64,000 nt of DNA from Sphingobium sp. (GTDB lineage Bacteria; Pseudomonadota; Alphaproteobacteria; Sphingomonadales; Sphingomonadaceae): the NCBI GenBank assembly GCA_035654015.1, contig DASRXX010000001.1, positions 3,355 through 67,354 on the forward strand, read 5' to 3'. Under the pieces are notes generated by a model. The model made no database searches and was not told where the DNA came from. It worked only from the letters and a program-made list of their open reading frames with translations. The first letter of the stretch is position 1. Each line of letters begins with the position of its first letter. Shown here piece after piece: positions 44,224 to 59,817 of this stretch. A program made the position numbers and the translations under genes.

Positions 44224-45891
44224 TTATTCGGCGGGAGCGGTCTGCGGGCGGGCGATGATCGGGCGGTCTTTCGCCGGATCGTGGGGCGCGTCGCTCATCG
44301 GCGCCTCCTCGCGCAGGTCGCCGCGCACCGTGCGCCAGACGTTGATGACCATCACCACGCCGCCGGCGAGGTACAGCACGCCGCCGAACGCGCGGATCAG
44401 GTAGAGCGGGAACATCGCCTTCACGCTGTCCGAGAAGGCATAGACGAGGTAGCCGTCCGCCCCATATTCGCGCCACATCAGGCCCTGCATGATGCCGGCG
44501 ACCCACATGGACGAGGCGTAAAAGACGATGCCCAGCGTCGCGAGCCAGAAGTGCCAGTTGACCATGCGCAGCGAGTAGAGCCGCTCGCGCTTCCACAGGC
44601 GCGGCGTCAGATAATAGACGGCGGCGAACGAGATCATGCCGTTCCAGCCCAGCGCGCCGGCATGGACGTGGCCGATTGTCCACTCGGTATAGTGGGAGAG
44701 CGAGTTGACCGATTTGATGGAGAGCAGCGGACCCTCGAAGGTCGCCATGCCGTAGAAGGCCAACGCCATCACCATCATGCGGATGATCGGATCGGTGCGC
44801 ACCTTGTCCCAGGCGCCGTTGAGCGTCATCAGCCCGTTGATCATGCCGCCCCAGCTCGGCATCCACAGCATGACGGAGAAGACCATGCCCAGCGTCTGTG
44901 CCCAGTCGGGCAGTGCGGTGTAGTGGAGGTGGTGCGGGCCGGCCCACATATAGAGGAAGATGATCGACCAGAAGTGGAGGATCGACAGCCGGTAGCTATA
45001 GACCGGCCGCTCCGCCTGCTTGGGCACGAAATAATACATCATCGCGAGGAACGGCACGGTGAGGAAGAAGGCCACCGCATTATGCCCGTACCACCATTGG
45101 AGCAGCGCATCCTGCACGCCGGAGAAGGCGCTGTAGCTCTTGGAGCCGAAGATGCTCACCGGGATCGCCAGGTTGTTGACGACGTGCAGCAGCGCGATGG
45201 TGAGGATGAAGCTGAGGTAGAACCAGTTGGCGACGTAGATGTGCGGCTCGCTGCGCTTGGCGAGCGTGCCGACGAACACCACCAGATAGGCAATCCAGAC
45301 GATGGTCAGCCACAGGTCGACATACCATTCCGGCTCGGCATATTCGCGCGCGCCGGTGATTCCGAGCACATAGCCGGAAGCGGCGAGCACGAGGAAGAGT
45401 TGATAACCCCAGAAGACGAAGCGCGCGAGACCGGGGAAGGCAAGCCGTGCGCGGCAGGTGCGCTGCACGACATAGAGGCTGCTCGCGATCAGGATGTTGC
45501 CGCCGAAGGCGAAGACCACGCCAGACGTGTGCAGCGGGCGCAATCGCCCGAAGCTGGTATACTCGGAGCCCAGGTTGAGCGCCGGAAAGGTGAGCTGCAA
45601 GGCGATAAACAACCCTGCCGCGAAACCGACGACAGCCCAGAACACAGTAGCGATGACGCCCCAGCGAATCGGGTCGTCGTCATAGCGACCCTCGTCTGGC
45701 ATCTTGAAGAGGCCGTGGGCGATCGCCCTGTAGTCGGCGCGCCGCAGCGTCGCCCAGCAGGCGACCAGTGCCGCCGCGCAAAACATGCCCATATGCACTG
45801 CGAAACCACTGTCTTGCGCAAAACCAGCGGCAATCAGCGCCAAGAGCGCGGCAACGAGAAACGCGCCCGCGCGCGCGGTCAGGTTAATCAT
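44224..45891 (-). CDS. ccoN: cbb3-type cytochrome c oxidase subunit I
   Basis: [34 protein letters not shown]. Confidence 0.98.
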   Translation of the reverse strand: MINLTARAGAFLVAALLALIAAGFAQDSGFAVHMGMFCAAALVACWATLRRADYRAIAHGLFKMPDEGRYDDDPIRWGVIATVFWAVVGFAAGLFIALQLTFPALNLGSEYTSFGRLRPLHTSGVVFAFGGNILIASSLYVVQRTCRARLAFPGLARFVFWGYQLFLVLAASGYVLGITGAREYAEPEWYVDLWLTIVWIAYLVVFVGTLAKRSEPHIYVANWFYLSFILTIALLHVVNNLAIPVSIFGSKSYSAFSGVQDALLQWWYGHNAVAFFLTVPFLAMMYYFVPKQAERPVYSYRLSILHFWSIIFLYMWAGPHHLHYTALPDWAQTLGMVFSVMLWMPSWGGMINGLMTLNGAWDKVRTDPIIRMMVMALAFYGMATFEGPLLSIKSVNSLSHYTEWTIGHVHAGALGWNGMISFAAVYYLTPRLWKRERLYSLRMVNWHFWLATLGIVFYASSMWVAGIMQGLMWREYGADGYLVYAFSDSVKAMFPLYLIRAFGGVLYLAGGVVMVINVWRTVRGDLREEAPMSDAPHDPAKDRPIIARPQTAPAE

Positions 45892-45962
45892 GTCTATCCC
45901 CTGGGAGGCAGCCCGGCGTTATGACTCGCGCGTAGGCGTAGCAATCGGTGTGCGTTGCGGCA

Positions 45963-45976
45963 TTGATCTCGATCAA
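45963..45976. promoter_or_regulatory. Consensus FNR/FixK box upstream of ccoN
   Basis: TTGAT-ctcg-ATCAA, an exact consensus match, 72 nt upstream of the ccoN ATG. Confidence 0.92.
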
Positions 45977-46011
45977 ATGACGCGGTGCACCATCAGCCGG
46001 AATCATCAATC

Positions 46012-46497
46012 TCACGGCCTCACCCCCATAGCCTGATCGCTGGCGGCAATCCAGCTCTCCTTGAGAGCGATAGCCCGGCGCCCTCCGTCGAAGTAGCAAC
46101 GTAGCATATATGCGAGCTGGCCGATTCCGCCATTTGGACGTCCAGCGGCATGGCTCCATAGCTCGGCGACCAGATCCTGCGCATGGGCCTCGTCGAGCTG
46201 GTGCATCTGATGAAGTATCGACAGTTCGACTGCCGAGGGACGTTGCTCGGGCGGCAGGCTGGCGAGGATTTTTTCTGCGCGTGCGAAATGGGTGGACGTG
46301 ATCCGGATGATCATGTCGCATAGCCGCCGAATCGTACAGAGCGGCGGCAGTGCGGGCAAACCATCTGCTACCGCCTCCAATTTGTCGCAGAGCAGGCGCT
46401 GGATGGCATGATCGTCCAACAGCGTTTCCGGCGCCAGCGGCACGATCTGCATTGGCACCGACCGGCCCGGAGCACTCACGGCAATGAATCCACGCAT
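46012..46497 (-). CDS. Hemerythrin-like domain protein (degenerate)
   Basis: DDHAIQRLLCDKLEAVADGLP...LAYMLRCYF pattern of alphaproteobacterial hemerythrin-like proteins. Start is 46497 or 46452. Confidence 0.68.
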   Translation of the reverse strand: MRGFIAVSAPGRSVPMQIVPLAPETLLDDHAIQRLLCDKLEAVADGLPALPPLCTIRRLCDMIIRITSTHFARAEKILASLPPEQRPSAVELSILHQMHQLDEAHAQDLVAELWSHAAGRPNGGIGQLAYMLRCYFDGGRRAIALKESWIAASDQAMGVRP

Positions 46498-46535
46498 CGC
46501 ATAACCCCACGATACGGCGCTGCGCGGCGCAGTCC

Positions 46536-46549
46536 TTGACTCCGATCAA
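46536..46549. promoter_or_regulatory. FNR/FixK box upstream of the hemerythrin-like gene
   Basis: TTGAC-tccg-ATCAA. Confidence 0.78.
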
Positions 46550-46781
46550 GGCAGAAAGTGCCCTGCTTTGACGACGATGGGGCAAGGGGGTTCGCCGAAT
46601 GGAGCCGGTCTGCGCGGTCCATGTCGGGCCATTTTGCTGGAGAGGGCGGTTGCGACAGGGATGTCTGGCCCGCCAGGAGTGGGTTCGCTGGCCCCGATCC
46701 CAGCCCTGCCTCTCAGGGGTAAGGAGCTCTGTCAGGCTCGAGATGCCTGTCTCTACCGCCGCACTTTCTCCATGAGGTCGA

Positions 46782-48452
46782 TCAACTCGTCGAACTTGGC
46801 GCGCTGCTCCAGTGATCCAGAGGAGATGAAGCGGTCGTGCTGCGTTGCGTTGTCGTGACAGGTCCGAAACTTCCTGCATCGGCCATATCCCACGCGAAGC
46901 TGTAGAAATCCCGATCATGGGCGCCCGACAGCAGTTCACCCGGTTCAAGGAAAACGTGCATCTGTGAAAAAAGCCGAATTTCCGTCTCGCTCACCCGGCG
47001 GGCGAGGTGGTGCGGCGCAAGCTCGCCCGGGCATTCTATACCGGCAGCGGCGAGCATTTCGGCCAGCGCATGCATGGTGTTGTGGTGGAAGCGAAACACC
47101 CGTTCGGCCTTGTCGGGCACGACCAGCGCCCTTTGTCGCATCGGATCCTGTGTCGCGACGCCGGCCGGGCAGCGATTGGTGTTGCAACTCAGGGACTGGA
47201 TGCACCCGATTGCGAACATGAAGCCGCGTGCGGCGTTGGTCCAATCGGCGCCGATCGCAAGCAGGCTGGCGATGTCGAAGGCACTGACCACCTTGCCCGC
47301 CGCGCCGATGCGGATGTGATGGCGAAGGCCTGCACCGACCAGCGTATTATGTACGAATAGCAGACCTTCGCGTAACGGCAGGCCGAGATGGTTGGCGAAT
47401 TCCAGCGGCGCCGCGCCAGTGCCGCCTTCCGCACCGTCCACGACGATGAAATCAGGGCGGATACCAGTCTCGATCATCGCCTTGACGATCGCCATGAACT
47501 CCCATGGATGACCAACGCACAGCTTGAAACCGACCGGCTTGCCGCCCGATAGGGTACGGAGCCGCTCGAGGAAGAACATCATTTCGATCGGCGTGGTGAA
47601 AGCGGAATGGCCGGAGGGTGAGATGCAATCCTGCCCTACAGGGACACCTCGCACGGCGGCGATCTCGGGCGTCACCTTCGCGCCTGGCAGAATGCCGCCA
47701 TGACCGGGTTTGGCGCCCTGGCTCAGCTTGATTTCGATCATCTTGATCTGTGGAGCGGTGGCTTGCGCGGCAAAGCGCTCAGGATCGAACGCGCCCTCTG
47801 CCGTGCGGCATCCGAAGTAGCCGCTGCCAATCTCCCAGACGAGGTCGCCGCCGTGCTCCCGATGATAAGAGCTGATCCCGCCTTCGCCGCTGTCCTGATA
47901 GAAATCGCCTAGCCGCGCGCCGCGATTGAGCGCCCGGATCGCGTTGGCGCTGAGTGAGCCGAAGCTCATCGCGGAAATGTTGAACAGCGAGGCTGAATAA
48001 GGCTGGGTACATTGGTTCCCGCCGATGGATACCCGGAACGTTGCAGGGTTCGCTACCGGCACAGGGCGGATCGACGGGCTGATGAACTCGTAGCCGTCGC
48101 GATAGACGTCGAGCAACGTGCCGAATGCCCGTTCGCTGCTTTCGCCCTTGGCGCGAGCGTAGACCAGGGAGCGCTGACTGCGCGAAAATGGTGTCTGCTC
48201 GTGATCGCTCTCAAGGAGATACTGGCGAATTTCCGGGCGTATCCATTCGATCAGCCAGCGGACATGGCCGATCACGGGATAGTTGCGGCGGACAGAATGT
48301 CGCGTTTGCATCAGATCGAACAGGCCCAGCATCACCAAGGCAACAGCAAGCAGCGCCAGAGGCCACAGATGCGCGTGCCGGGCCATAGCAGTCAGCAGGC
48401 CGACGGCAGCGGCAATGCACAGGGCGAAAACGGTAAACCGACTGAGGCGCAC
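46782..48452 (-). CDS. FMN-binding glutamate synthase family protein (stand-alone FMN domain with N-terminal TM)
   Basis: NISAMSFGSLS, IEIKLSQGAKPGHGG, VDGAEGGTGAAP, CIQSLSCNTNRCPAGVATQD (3Fe-4S). Confidence 0.93.
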   Translation of the reverse strand: MRLSRFTVFALCIAAAVGLLTAMARHAHLWPLALLAVALVMLGLFDLMQTRHSVRRNYPVIGHVRWLIEWIRPEIRQYLLESDHEQTPFSRSQRSLVYARAKGESSERAFGTLLDVYRDGYEFISPSIRPVPVANPATFRVSIGGNQCTQPYSASLFNISAMSFGSLSANAIRALNRGARLGDFYQDSGEGGISSYHREHGGDLVWEIGSGYFGCRTAEGAFDPERFAAQATAPQIKMIEIKLSQGAKPGHGGILPGAKVTPEIAAVRGVPVGQDCISPSGHSAFTTPIEMMFFLERLRTLSGGKPVGFKLCVGHPWEFMAIVKAMIETGIRPDFIVVDGAEGGTGAAPLEFANHLGLPLREGLLFVHNTLVGAGLRHHIRIGAAGKVVSAFDIASLLAIGADWTNAARGFMFAIGCIQSLSCNTNRCPAGVATQDPMRQRALVVPDKAERVFRFHHNTMHALAEMLAAAGIECPGELAPHHLARRVSETEIRLFSQMHVFLEPGELLSGAHDRDFYSFAWDMADAGSFGPVTTTQRSTTASSPLDHWSSAPSSTS

Positions 48453-48850
48453 GATGGCAGCTCCTTAGGTCTGGGCAAGGTCTGGACGCGCGATCGGACG
48501 TCCCCCGGACGGAGCCATACCCTCTGGGCTCCGGAATATCTATGGAACCCCTGATGCTCTGTGCGGAGGCTTCAACCTGTGGGGTCACCGATGATTCGGC
48601 AAGGAACGACCGGCCTCCGCTTCACTGGCGAGCGGCCCGATGGCGCTGCCCTATATCGGGTGCAATTTTACACGTAAGGGGCGTTCCTAAAGCCGAGCGA
48701 CATCACGCGGGACTGTGGCCGGCCGAATTGCGTCGCCAGCCCGCAATTTGCAGGCGCTGGTGACAACCCCCGGATGCGCAGCCTGCCATTCCCATCGCCC
48801 AGATCGAAGACGTGCGCGGTTTCTATCGGTTCAAGGCCCCGACCGATCGC

Positions 48851-48875
48851 CCCCCCCCGCCTGCCACGGGAGGGG
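48851..48875. repeat. Imperfect C/G-tract palindrome downstream of gyrB
   Basis: CCCCCCCCG-cctgcca-CGGGAGGGG (one mismatch); similar in style to 6007-6030. Confidence 0.4.
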
Positions 48876-48937
48876 TGGCGCGGCAGTCGCCCCTTCCTCG
48901 TTGCCCGTTTCTGAGGCCGGTCAGTTAGGAACTCGCT

Positions 48938-52707
<3,770 letters not shown>

Positions 52708-52932
52708 GTCTTGCTCTCTCCCCGGGAAAGCAGCTCCCCCGGGAGCCCAAGATGTCCTTAATCGATCGGACCGGCATCACCTCTGTTTTTTGAAGAGAGT
52801 CAAGATGTTATTGCGTCGGGCACAGGTGGCACCGGCGCGTTTGGCGCGGGTTTCCCTTCATCGTGGTGTTTCCGCGCCGACGTGCGAAGGGCCGGGCGGA
52901 CGGCCCGGCCCTGAGCGGCATCAGGAAAGAAC

Positions 52933-53484
52933 TCAGGCGGCGGACTTGCCAGCCTTGTGCTGCTCGTAACGCTCGATCGCTTCGACGATGATCCGGCGGG
53001 CGGCCACAGCATCGCCCCATGTGCCGACGCGCACCCACTTCTCCGCCTCGAGATCCTTATAGTGGGTGAAGAAATGCTCGATCTGCTGCGCGACGATATC
53101 CGGCAGATCGTCCTTTTCCATCACATCGGCATAATATGGGAAGGTGGCGTCGTCCGGCACGCAGAGCAGCTTCTCGTCCCCGCCATGCTCGTCCTCCAGG
53201 TTGAGCACAGCGATCGGCCGGGCACGGACGACACAGCCGGGAATGAAAGGCGAGCGGGCCACGACCAGGGCGTCGAGCGGGTCGCCGTCGGGCGAGAGGG
53301 TGTGCGGCACGAACCCGTAATTGGCGGGGTAGCGCATCGGCGTATGCAGGATCCGGTCGACGAACAGGGCGCCCGAGACCTTGTCGAATTCATATTTGAC
53401 CGGTTCGCCCCCGGTCGGCACCTCGATGACGACGTTGAGGCTCTCCGGCGGATTGGCGCCGACGGGAATCAGTTCGATGTTCAT
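52933..53484 (-). CDS. ppa: Inorganic pyrophosphatase
   Basis: VKYEFDK, YPANYGFVPHTLSPDGDPLD, DEKL. Confidence 0.97.
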   Translation of the reverse strand: MNIELIPVGANPPESLNVVIEVPTGGEPVKYEFDKVSGALFVDRILHTPMRYPANYGFVPHTLSPDGDPLDALVVARSPFIPGCVVRARPIAVLNLEDEHGGDEKLLCVPDDATFPYYADVMEKDDLPDIVAQQIEHFFTHYKDLEAEKWVRVGTWGDAVAARRIIVEAIERYEQHKAGKSAA

Positions 53485-53504
53485 GCAATGCTCGCAGCAA
53501 GAGG

Positions 53505-55457
53505 TTAATGCTCGCGAGCCTCCCCCGTCCGCGATGACAGCAGGCGGTCGAGACTCGATTCTTCCCCTCCGGGGTTTTGCAGGCGCGGATACCGGAGACC
53601 GCCCGAATAATCGAGCGTGATCGTGCGGTATCGTTTGCCCTGCTTGATGAGGAGCGAGAGCGGGTTACGGCCATCGCTCGTCTGTCGCAGCGCCGACCGG
53701 AGGAGGTCGGCCGAATATTCGATACTCCCCACCGCGACAATATCCGTCCCGATGGTTACGCCGGCCTTGAAGGCCGGACTGTCCCAGACCACCGCCTGCA
53801 CCACGCCATTATTGCCCACGACAAAGCCCGCGCCATAGCTCTGGTCGACCAGCTTGCCCTTCGTTTCGAGCGCCTTGGTCGCGGCATTGGGCGTTTCGCC
53901 GTAGACGAGGCGGTAACCGCTGAGCCGGAGAGGGGCGGTGGTTGCGTCACGGGTTGGCTGGTCCACCCGTTCGCGCAGGAAACCGGCCCAGTCGTAGGGC
54001 GCGAGGCTTTCCAACGTGTCGATCACATCCTGACGGCTATAGGTGAGCACGCCCCAATCGCCATCGTTCATGCCGAAGAAGGCCCTGGCAAAATCGTCGA
54101 GGCCCTTGGCGCCCTTGCTCTCGCGCCGGAGGATGGCGTCGGCTTCCAGCCAGAGCATCATGCCCTCGTTGTAATAATCCTCGGCGCGCTGCCAACTCTG
54201 CCATGCCTTGGGCCGGCGCGCGGCGATGACCGGATCGAGCGTGGTGTCGGCGAGGGGGCGCCAGGCGCGGCCGGGAACCGCCTCCAGCCGCGCGGCGATC
54301 TGGGCAAGACTGTCCAGCGCTTCTGCCTTGCTTAGCAGGCCGGCGCGGGCTGCCAGGACATAGCCCCAGAACTGCGTCTGGCCTTCATAGAGCCAGAGCA
54401 GGTCATCCTGCATCGGCGTGGTGAAGTCCGGGGTCCAAAGCAATGCCGGGCGGCGATACTTCCCGTTCCAGCTATGGGTGAATTCGTGGGCGAGCAGGTC
54501 GCGGTCGCCGATCGCCTCGGCCCACTTGGCGAAGTAGCCGGTGCCGACCCCATTTTCACTGGAACGATGGTGCTCGACCCCAATGCCGCCGAGCGTGTCC
54601 GAGATCGCAAATAGAAACTTGTAGCGATTGAAATGGCGACTCCCGAACAGGGTGATCGCCTCGTCGACCAGCTTGCGGTGCGGGGCGATCTGCTCGGGCG
54701 TGGCGAGAAGCTGCTCCGGACTGTCGGCGAACATCTCGAGCGCGACGTCATGGCCGAGATCGAGGGTGCGCGCGTAACGGCCGGCGAATAGCGGAGAGTC
54801 GACCAGCGTGTCGTAATCGGTCTCTTCATAAATAATTGAATTACCGCGCTTATTTCCGTTTAGCGCGGATGCCGCCGTCCATCCTTCCGGGAGCGTGACA
54901 CGGGCCTGGATCGGGATCCGGCGGGTGTAATAGCCGGCCGGATAGAGGGACATGCTGTAGAACTGCAGGTTGAGCAGCGAATCGGTCATCACCACCCTGC
55001 CCTGATTGCTCGCGGTCGGCGCGAGGAACTGGAAGGCCGCGACGAGTGTCCGCGCGCCCTCCGGTACCGAGAGGTGGAAGGCATAGACATTGAACGGATC
55101 GCGCTGCCAGGCGACGGGCTTGCCGTCGGCGGTGAAGGTCAGCCCCGCCAGCTTCTCGATCTCGCCGCGCGGGGCGTGCTTGCCGGGGATCCACTCGGGG
55201 AACAGCAGGGTGAGCGGGCCACCGCCGACCGGGAATGTCTGGGTGACCCGGATGATGCGGCGCACCGTATCGCTGGCGTCGATATCGAGCTGGATGGTGC
55301 CCGCGGGCCAGGCGATGTCGCGCGCGGGCGGGATGGCCGAGACGATCGGCTGTGCCTGCGGCGCGGAGCGCGGCGGCTCTTGTGCGGCGAGGGGCGCGAA
55401 GGGAAGGGCGGCGGTAAAGGCGAGAGCCAACGGCACGGTCGAAAAGGCGAGGCGCAT
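53505..55457 (-). CDS. M61 family glycyl aminopeptidase with C-terminal PDZ
   Basis: Signal peptide from ATG 55457; GVEHHRSS, AHEFTHSWNGK (HExxH), LWLYEGQT; PDZ-like tail. Confidence 0.93.
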   Translation of the reverse strand: MRLAFSTVPLALAFTAALPFAPLAAQEPPRSAPQAQPIVSAIPPARDIAWPAGTIQLDIDASDTVRRIIRVTQTFPVGGGPLTLLFPEWIPGKHAPRGEIEKLAGLTFTADGKPVAWQRDPFNVYAFHLSVPEGARTLVAAFQFLAPTASNQGRVVMTDSLLNLQFYSMSLYPAGYYTRRIPIQARVTLPEGWTAASALNGNKRGNSIIYEETDYDTLVDSPLFAGRYARTLDLGHDVALEMFADSPEQLLATPEQIAPHRKLVDEAITLFGSRHFNRYKFLFAISDTLGGIGVEHHRSSENGVGTGYFAKWAEAIGDRDLLAHEFTHSWNGKYRRPALLWTPDFTTPMQDDLLWLYEGQTQFWGYVLAARAGLLSKAEALDSLAQIAARLEAVPGRAWRPLADTTLDPVIAARRPKAWQSWQRAEDYYNEGMMLWLEADAILRRESKGAKGLDDFARAFFGMNDGDWGVLTYSRQDVIDTLESLAPYDWAGFLRERVDQPTRDATTAPLRLSGYRLVYGETPNAATKALETKGKLVDQSYGAGFVVGNNGVVQAVVWDSPAFKAGVTIGTDIVAVGSIEYSADLLRSALRQTSDGRNPLSLLIKQGKRYRTITLDYSGGLRYPRLQNPGGEESSLDRLLSSRTGEAREH

Positions 55458-55686
55458 CAAGGTGCTCCGGGGAACGGGACCAGAGTGCCAGCATGGCGAG
55501 GAGCGCGGGGCGCGTCCAGACCCGCTCTTGCCGATCGGACGGGCGAACGACGGCGGACCCGATCCGGAAGAGCGATGCAGAACGACTTGTTGCGGGATCA
55601 ACACAGGGTATGATGCGCCCTGACAGGTGCGAGTCCGCCCCCAAGCAAAAAATGGCGCCCCGCCTGTGCAGGAGAAGGAGAGGCAC

Positions 55687-56793
55687 ATGCATGTAGGCTT
55701 GGCGTCCGGGTTCGCGCACCAGCGTGGCAGGGACTATCCCGACATCCAGTTCATCCATGAGGAGGTCGAGAATCTTGTCCTCGCCGAGGAACTGGGGTTC
55801 GACTCGGTGTGGATCACCGAGCATCACTTCTCCGATTATTCGATGTCCAACGACCCCCTGCAGTTGCTGAGCTATATTGCCGGGCGCACCAAGCGCGTGA
55901 AGCTGGGCACGCAGGTCATCATCGTACCCTGGCATCAGCCGGTGCGGCTGGCCGAGAAGATCATCAATCTCGACATTCTTTCTCGTGGGCGCGCCATCCT
56001 CGGCTTCGGAAACGGCCTCGCCCCGCACGAGTTCGAAGGCCTCGGGATCGACCAGAACACATCGCGCGAACTCTATGGCGAGATACTGGACCTGGTGATC
56101 CCCGCGATCGAGACCGGCGTGATCGAGGGCGAGGGCAAGCATATCAAGCAGCCGCGCCGCGAATTGCGCCCGCACCCGTTGCGCAGCTTCGAGGGGCGTA
56201 AATTCTGCGGCTCGCTTTCTGGCACGTCGATGCACACGGCCGCGCGGCTCGGCTTCGGCAACATGGTGCTGATGCTGCCCCAGCGCGGCAAGGAGGCGCC
56301 GCCGGACCTGTATGCCGAGATCTGGGCGCAGGAACGGCCCGGCACCCTGCCGCCGCCGCCAATGGTCGGCGGCAATTATTATATCGACGAGAGCGCCGAC
56401 TATGCCGAGGAGCAGGGGCGCAAATATCTCGCCAACACCATGTATGCGGCGATCCGCAACTACAGCCTCGACAAGCCGGGGCTGTTCTCCGGCATCAAGG
56501 GCTACGAATCCTACGAGAAGATGGCGATGCGGCCCGAGCAGATCGATCCCTATGTCGCGGATTTCGCCAAGGGGGTGGTCGCCGGGACGCCGCAGATGAT
56601 CCTCGAGCGCATGTGGGAGCTGAAGCAGATCTACAAGCCGCAGGGCTTCTTCCCGCACGTTTATTTCGGCGGCATGCCCCAGGCCGAGGCGATGAAGAAC
56701 ATCAAGCTGTTCGCCGAGAAGGTGCTGCCGGAGCTAAAAAGCTGGGAGGCGGAAACCTCCATCGACGACCGGTTCCTGCAGGCTGCGGAGTAA
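55687..56793 (+). CDS. LLM class (luciferase-like) flavin-dependent oxidoreductase
   Basis: AAGGAGAGG SD; AEELGFDSVWITEHHFS, RVKLGT, HQPVRLAE. Confidence 0.93.
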   Translation: MHVGLASGFAHQRGRDYPDIQFIHEEVENLVLAEELGFDSVWITEHHFSDYSMSNDPLQLLSYIAGRTKRVKLGTQVIIVPWHQPVRLAEKIINLDILSRGRAILGFGNGLAPHEFEGLGIDQNTSRELYGEILDLVIPAIETGVIEGEGKHIKQPRRELRPHPLRSFEGRKFCGSLSGTSMHTAARLGFGNMVLMLPQRGKEAPPDLYAEIWAQERPGTLPPPPMVGGNYYIDESADYAEEQGRKYLANTMYAAIRNYSLDKPGLFSGIKGYESYEKMAMRPEQIDPYVADFAKGVVAGTPQMILERMWELKQIYKPQGFFPHVYFGGMPQAEAMKNIKLFAEKVLPELKSWEAETSIDDRFLQAAE

Positions 56794-56898
56794 AGCGCGA
56801 GGCGCCGGCGTCGTCGGGGCTGAGCCGTGCTCGACATGGGGCGGGCCATGGCTGCTGAAACGTGTTCAGCACGCCGTTTGCCTATGTCGTCGCGTTCC

Positions 56899-57315
56899 TC
56901 AGCCCTCCCCGCCGGGATAGCGCTCGAACGCGGGCAAGGCATCAATGCCGGTCATCCACGCAATCCGTTCGGCGGTCTGGACGTGGATATGCGGCGGTAG
57001 AACGGCTGGGTCGTCCAGCGTGGCGGACTGGATGTCGACAAGGCCGGGCAGCGTGTGCGGATTACGGAAAAACAGGCCGGTGCCGCAGGTGGGGCAGAAG
57101 CTGCGCGTGGCGTTGGCCGATGATTGAAAGCTGCGTGGCTCGCCCATGAGCACGGTCAGCGCCTGCTCGGGAAAGGCCGACCAGGCGACCATCGGCGCAC
57201 CAGCCGATTTGCGGCAATCCCTGCAGTGGCACAGCGCGACATAGGTGGGCGCTCCCTCGACGCGGTAGCGAACGGCGCCGCATTGGCAGCCGCCTTCAAG
57301 GGTCTGGCTCATCAC
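56899..57315 (-). CDS. GFA family (CENP-V/GFA) protein
   Basis: [25 protein letters not shown]. Confidence 0.93.
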   Translation of the reverse strand: MMSQTLEGGCQCGAVRYRVEGAPTYVALCHCRDCRKSAGAPMVAWSAFPEQALTVLMGEPRSFQSSANATRSFCPTCGTGLFFRNPHTLPGLVDIQSATLDDPAVLPPHIHVQTAERIAWMTGIDALPAFERYPGGEG

Positions 57316-57492
57316 TCATCTCCTAATGCTGTGCGAATGGAACATATCAGGAACGATAACCTGCGGCAATGCGTAACGGGGCTCGCGATGCGCATGGGCA
57401 CGGCGGGTGGGGCCGGCTTGCCCGCGCGGCCATGGCAGGCGCGCGTCGTCGGGTGTTTCCATCGGCCCGCAAAATGCTTTAGAGGCGCGACC

Positions 57493-58727
57493 ATGGCGAA
57501 GATCCAGACACCCCGGCCCATCCGCGGCACTCAGGACATGATCGGCGAGACGGCGGACCGTTTCGCGCATGTGGTCGATACGTTCGAGCGGGTACGGCGG
57601 CTTTACGGCTTCAAGCGGATCGAGTTGCCGGTGTTCGAGGCGACGGCGGTGTTTTCGCGATCGCTGGGCGAGACGACCGATGTGGTCTCCAAGGAGATGT
57701 ACACGTTCGAGGATCGCGGTGGCGATTCGCTGACGCTGCGGCCGGAGTTCACGGCGGGGATCGCGCGGGCCTATATCACCGAGGGCTGGCAGCAATATGC
57801 GCCGCTCAAGGTCGCCACCCATGGCCCCCTGTTCCGCTACGAGCGGCCGCAAAAGGGGCGCTATCGCCAGTTCCACCAGATCGATGCCGAGATCATCGGC
57901 GCGGCCGAGCCGCTGGCGGACGCCGAGCTGCTGATCTTCGCCGACCAGCTGCTGAAGGAACTGGGGGTCGCCGAGGGCGTGACGCTGACGCTCAACACGC
58001 TGGGCGACGCCGCCAGCCGCGAGGCGTGGCGGGCGGCGCTGGTCGCGCATTTCGATGGGCACCGCGCGGCGCTGAGCGAGGATAGCCTGACCCGGCTGGA
58101 GAAAAATCCGATGCGGATCCTCGACAGCAAGGATCCGGCCGACCAGGCGGTCGTTGCCGATGCGCCGGATATCGACGCCTATCTCACCGACGAGGCGCGC
58201 ACCTTCTTCCAGCGGGTCACGGACGGGCTCAAGGCGGCGGGCGTGGCTTGGCAGCGCAACGCGCGGCTGGTGCGCGGGCTGGATTATTATCGCCACACCG
58301 CCTTCGAGTTCATCACCGACCGGCTGGGCGCACAGGGCACGGTGCTGGGCGGCGGGCGCTATGATGGCCTGATCGAGACGCTTGGCGGCCCGGCGACTCC
58401 GGCGGTCGGCTGGGCGGCGGGGATCGAGCGGCTGGCGATGCTGCTGGAGGAGGCGCCGGCGGCGACGCTGGACGTGGTCATTGCGCTGGAAGACGATACG
58501 ATGCTGGCGCAAGCGCTGACCGGCCTCGCGGCGCTGCGGGCGGCTGGGTTGAGCGCGGACAGCGTGACCAGCGGGTCGCCGCGTAAGCGCTTCGACAAGG
58601 CGGCGAAGATTCCGGCGCGGGCACTGGTCTCCGTCGGCGCGCGGGATGGCGCGCTGCACCTCAACATCCGCTGCGACGATGCGGCGCTGGCCGCCCGCGT
58701 CGAAGTGTTGATGCGGGCCGGGGCCTG

Positions 58728-58728
<1 letters not shown>
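57493..58728 (+). CDS. hisS: Histidine--tRNA ligase
   Basis: [45 protein letters not shown]. Confidence 0.98.
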
Positions 58729-59801
<1,073 letters not shown>

Positions 59802-59817
59802 GCGGGGACCGGATTCG

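Noticed and set aside
45060-45095. Cco[10 protein letters not shown] instead of the usual HNAVGFFLT
   Set aside because: Single conservative change with the metal-ligand His residues intact; not interpretable without an alignment.
56903-56915. 13-mer CCCTCCCCGCCGG identical to the left arm of the atpD-atpC hairpin
   Set aside because: It encodes the GFA C-terminus (PGGEG) on the minus strand and has no right arm; likely chance.
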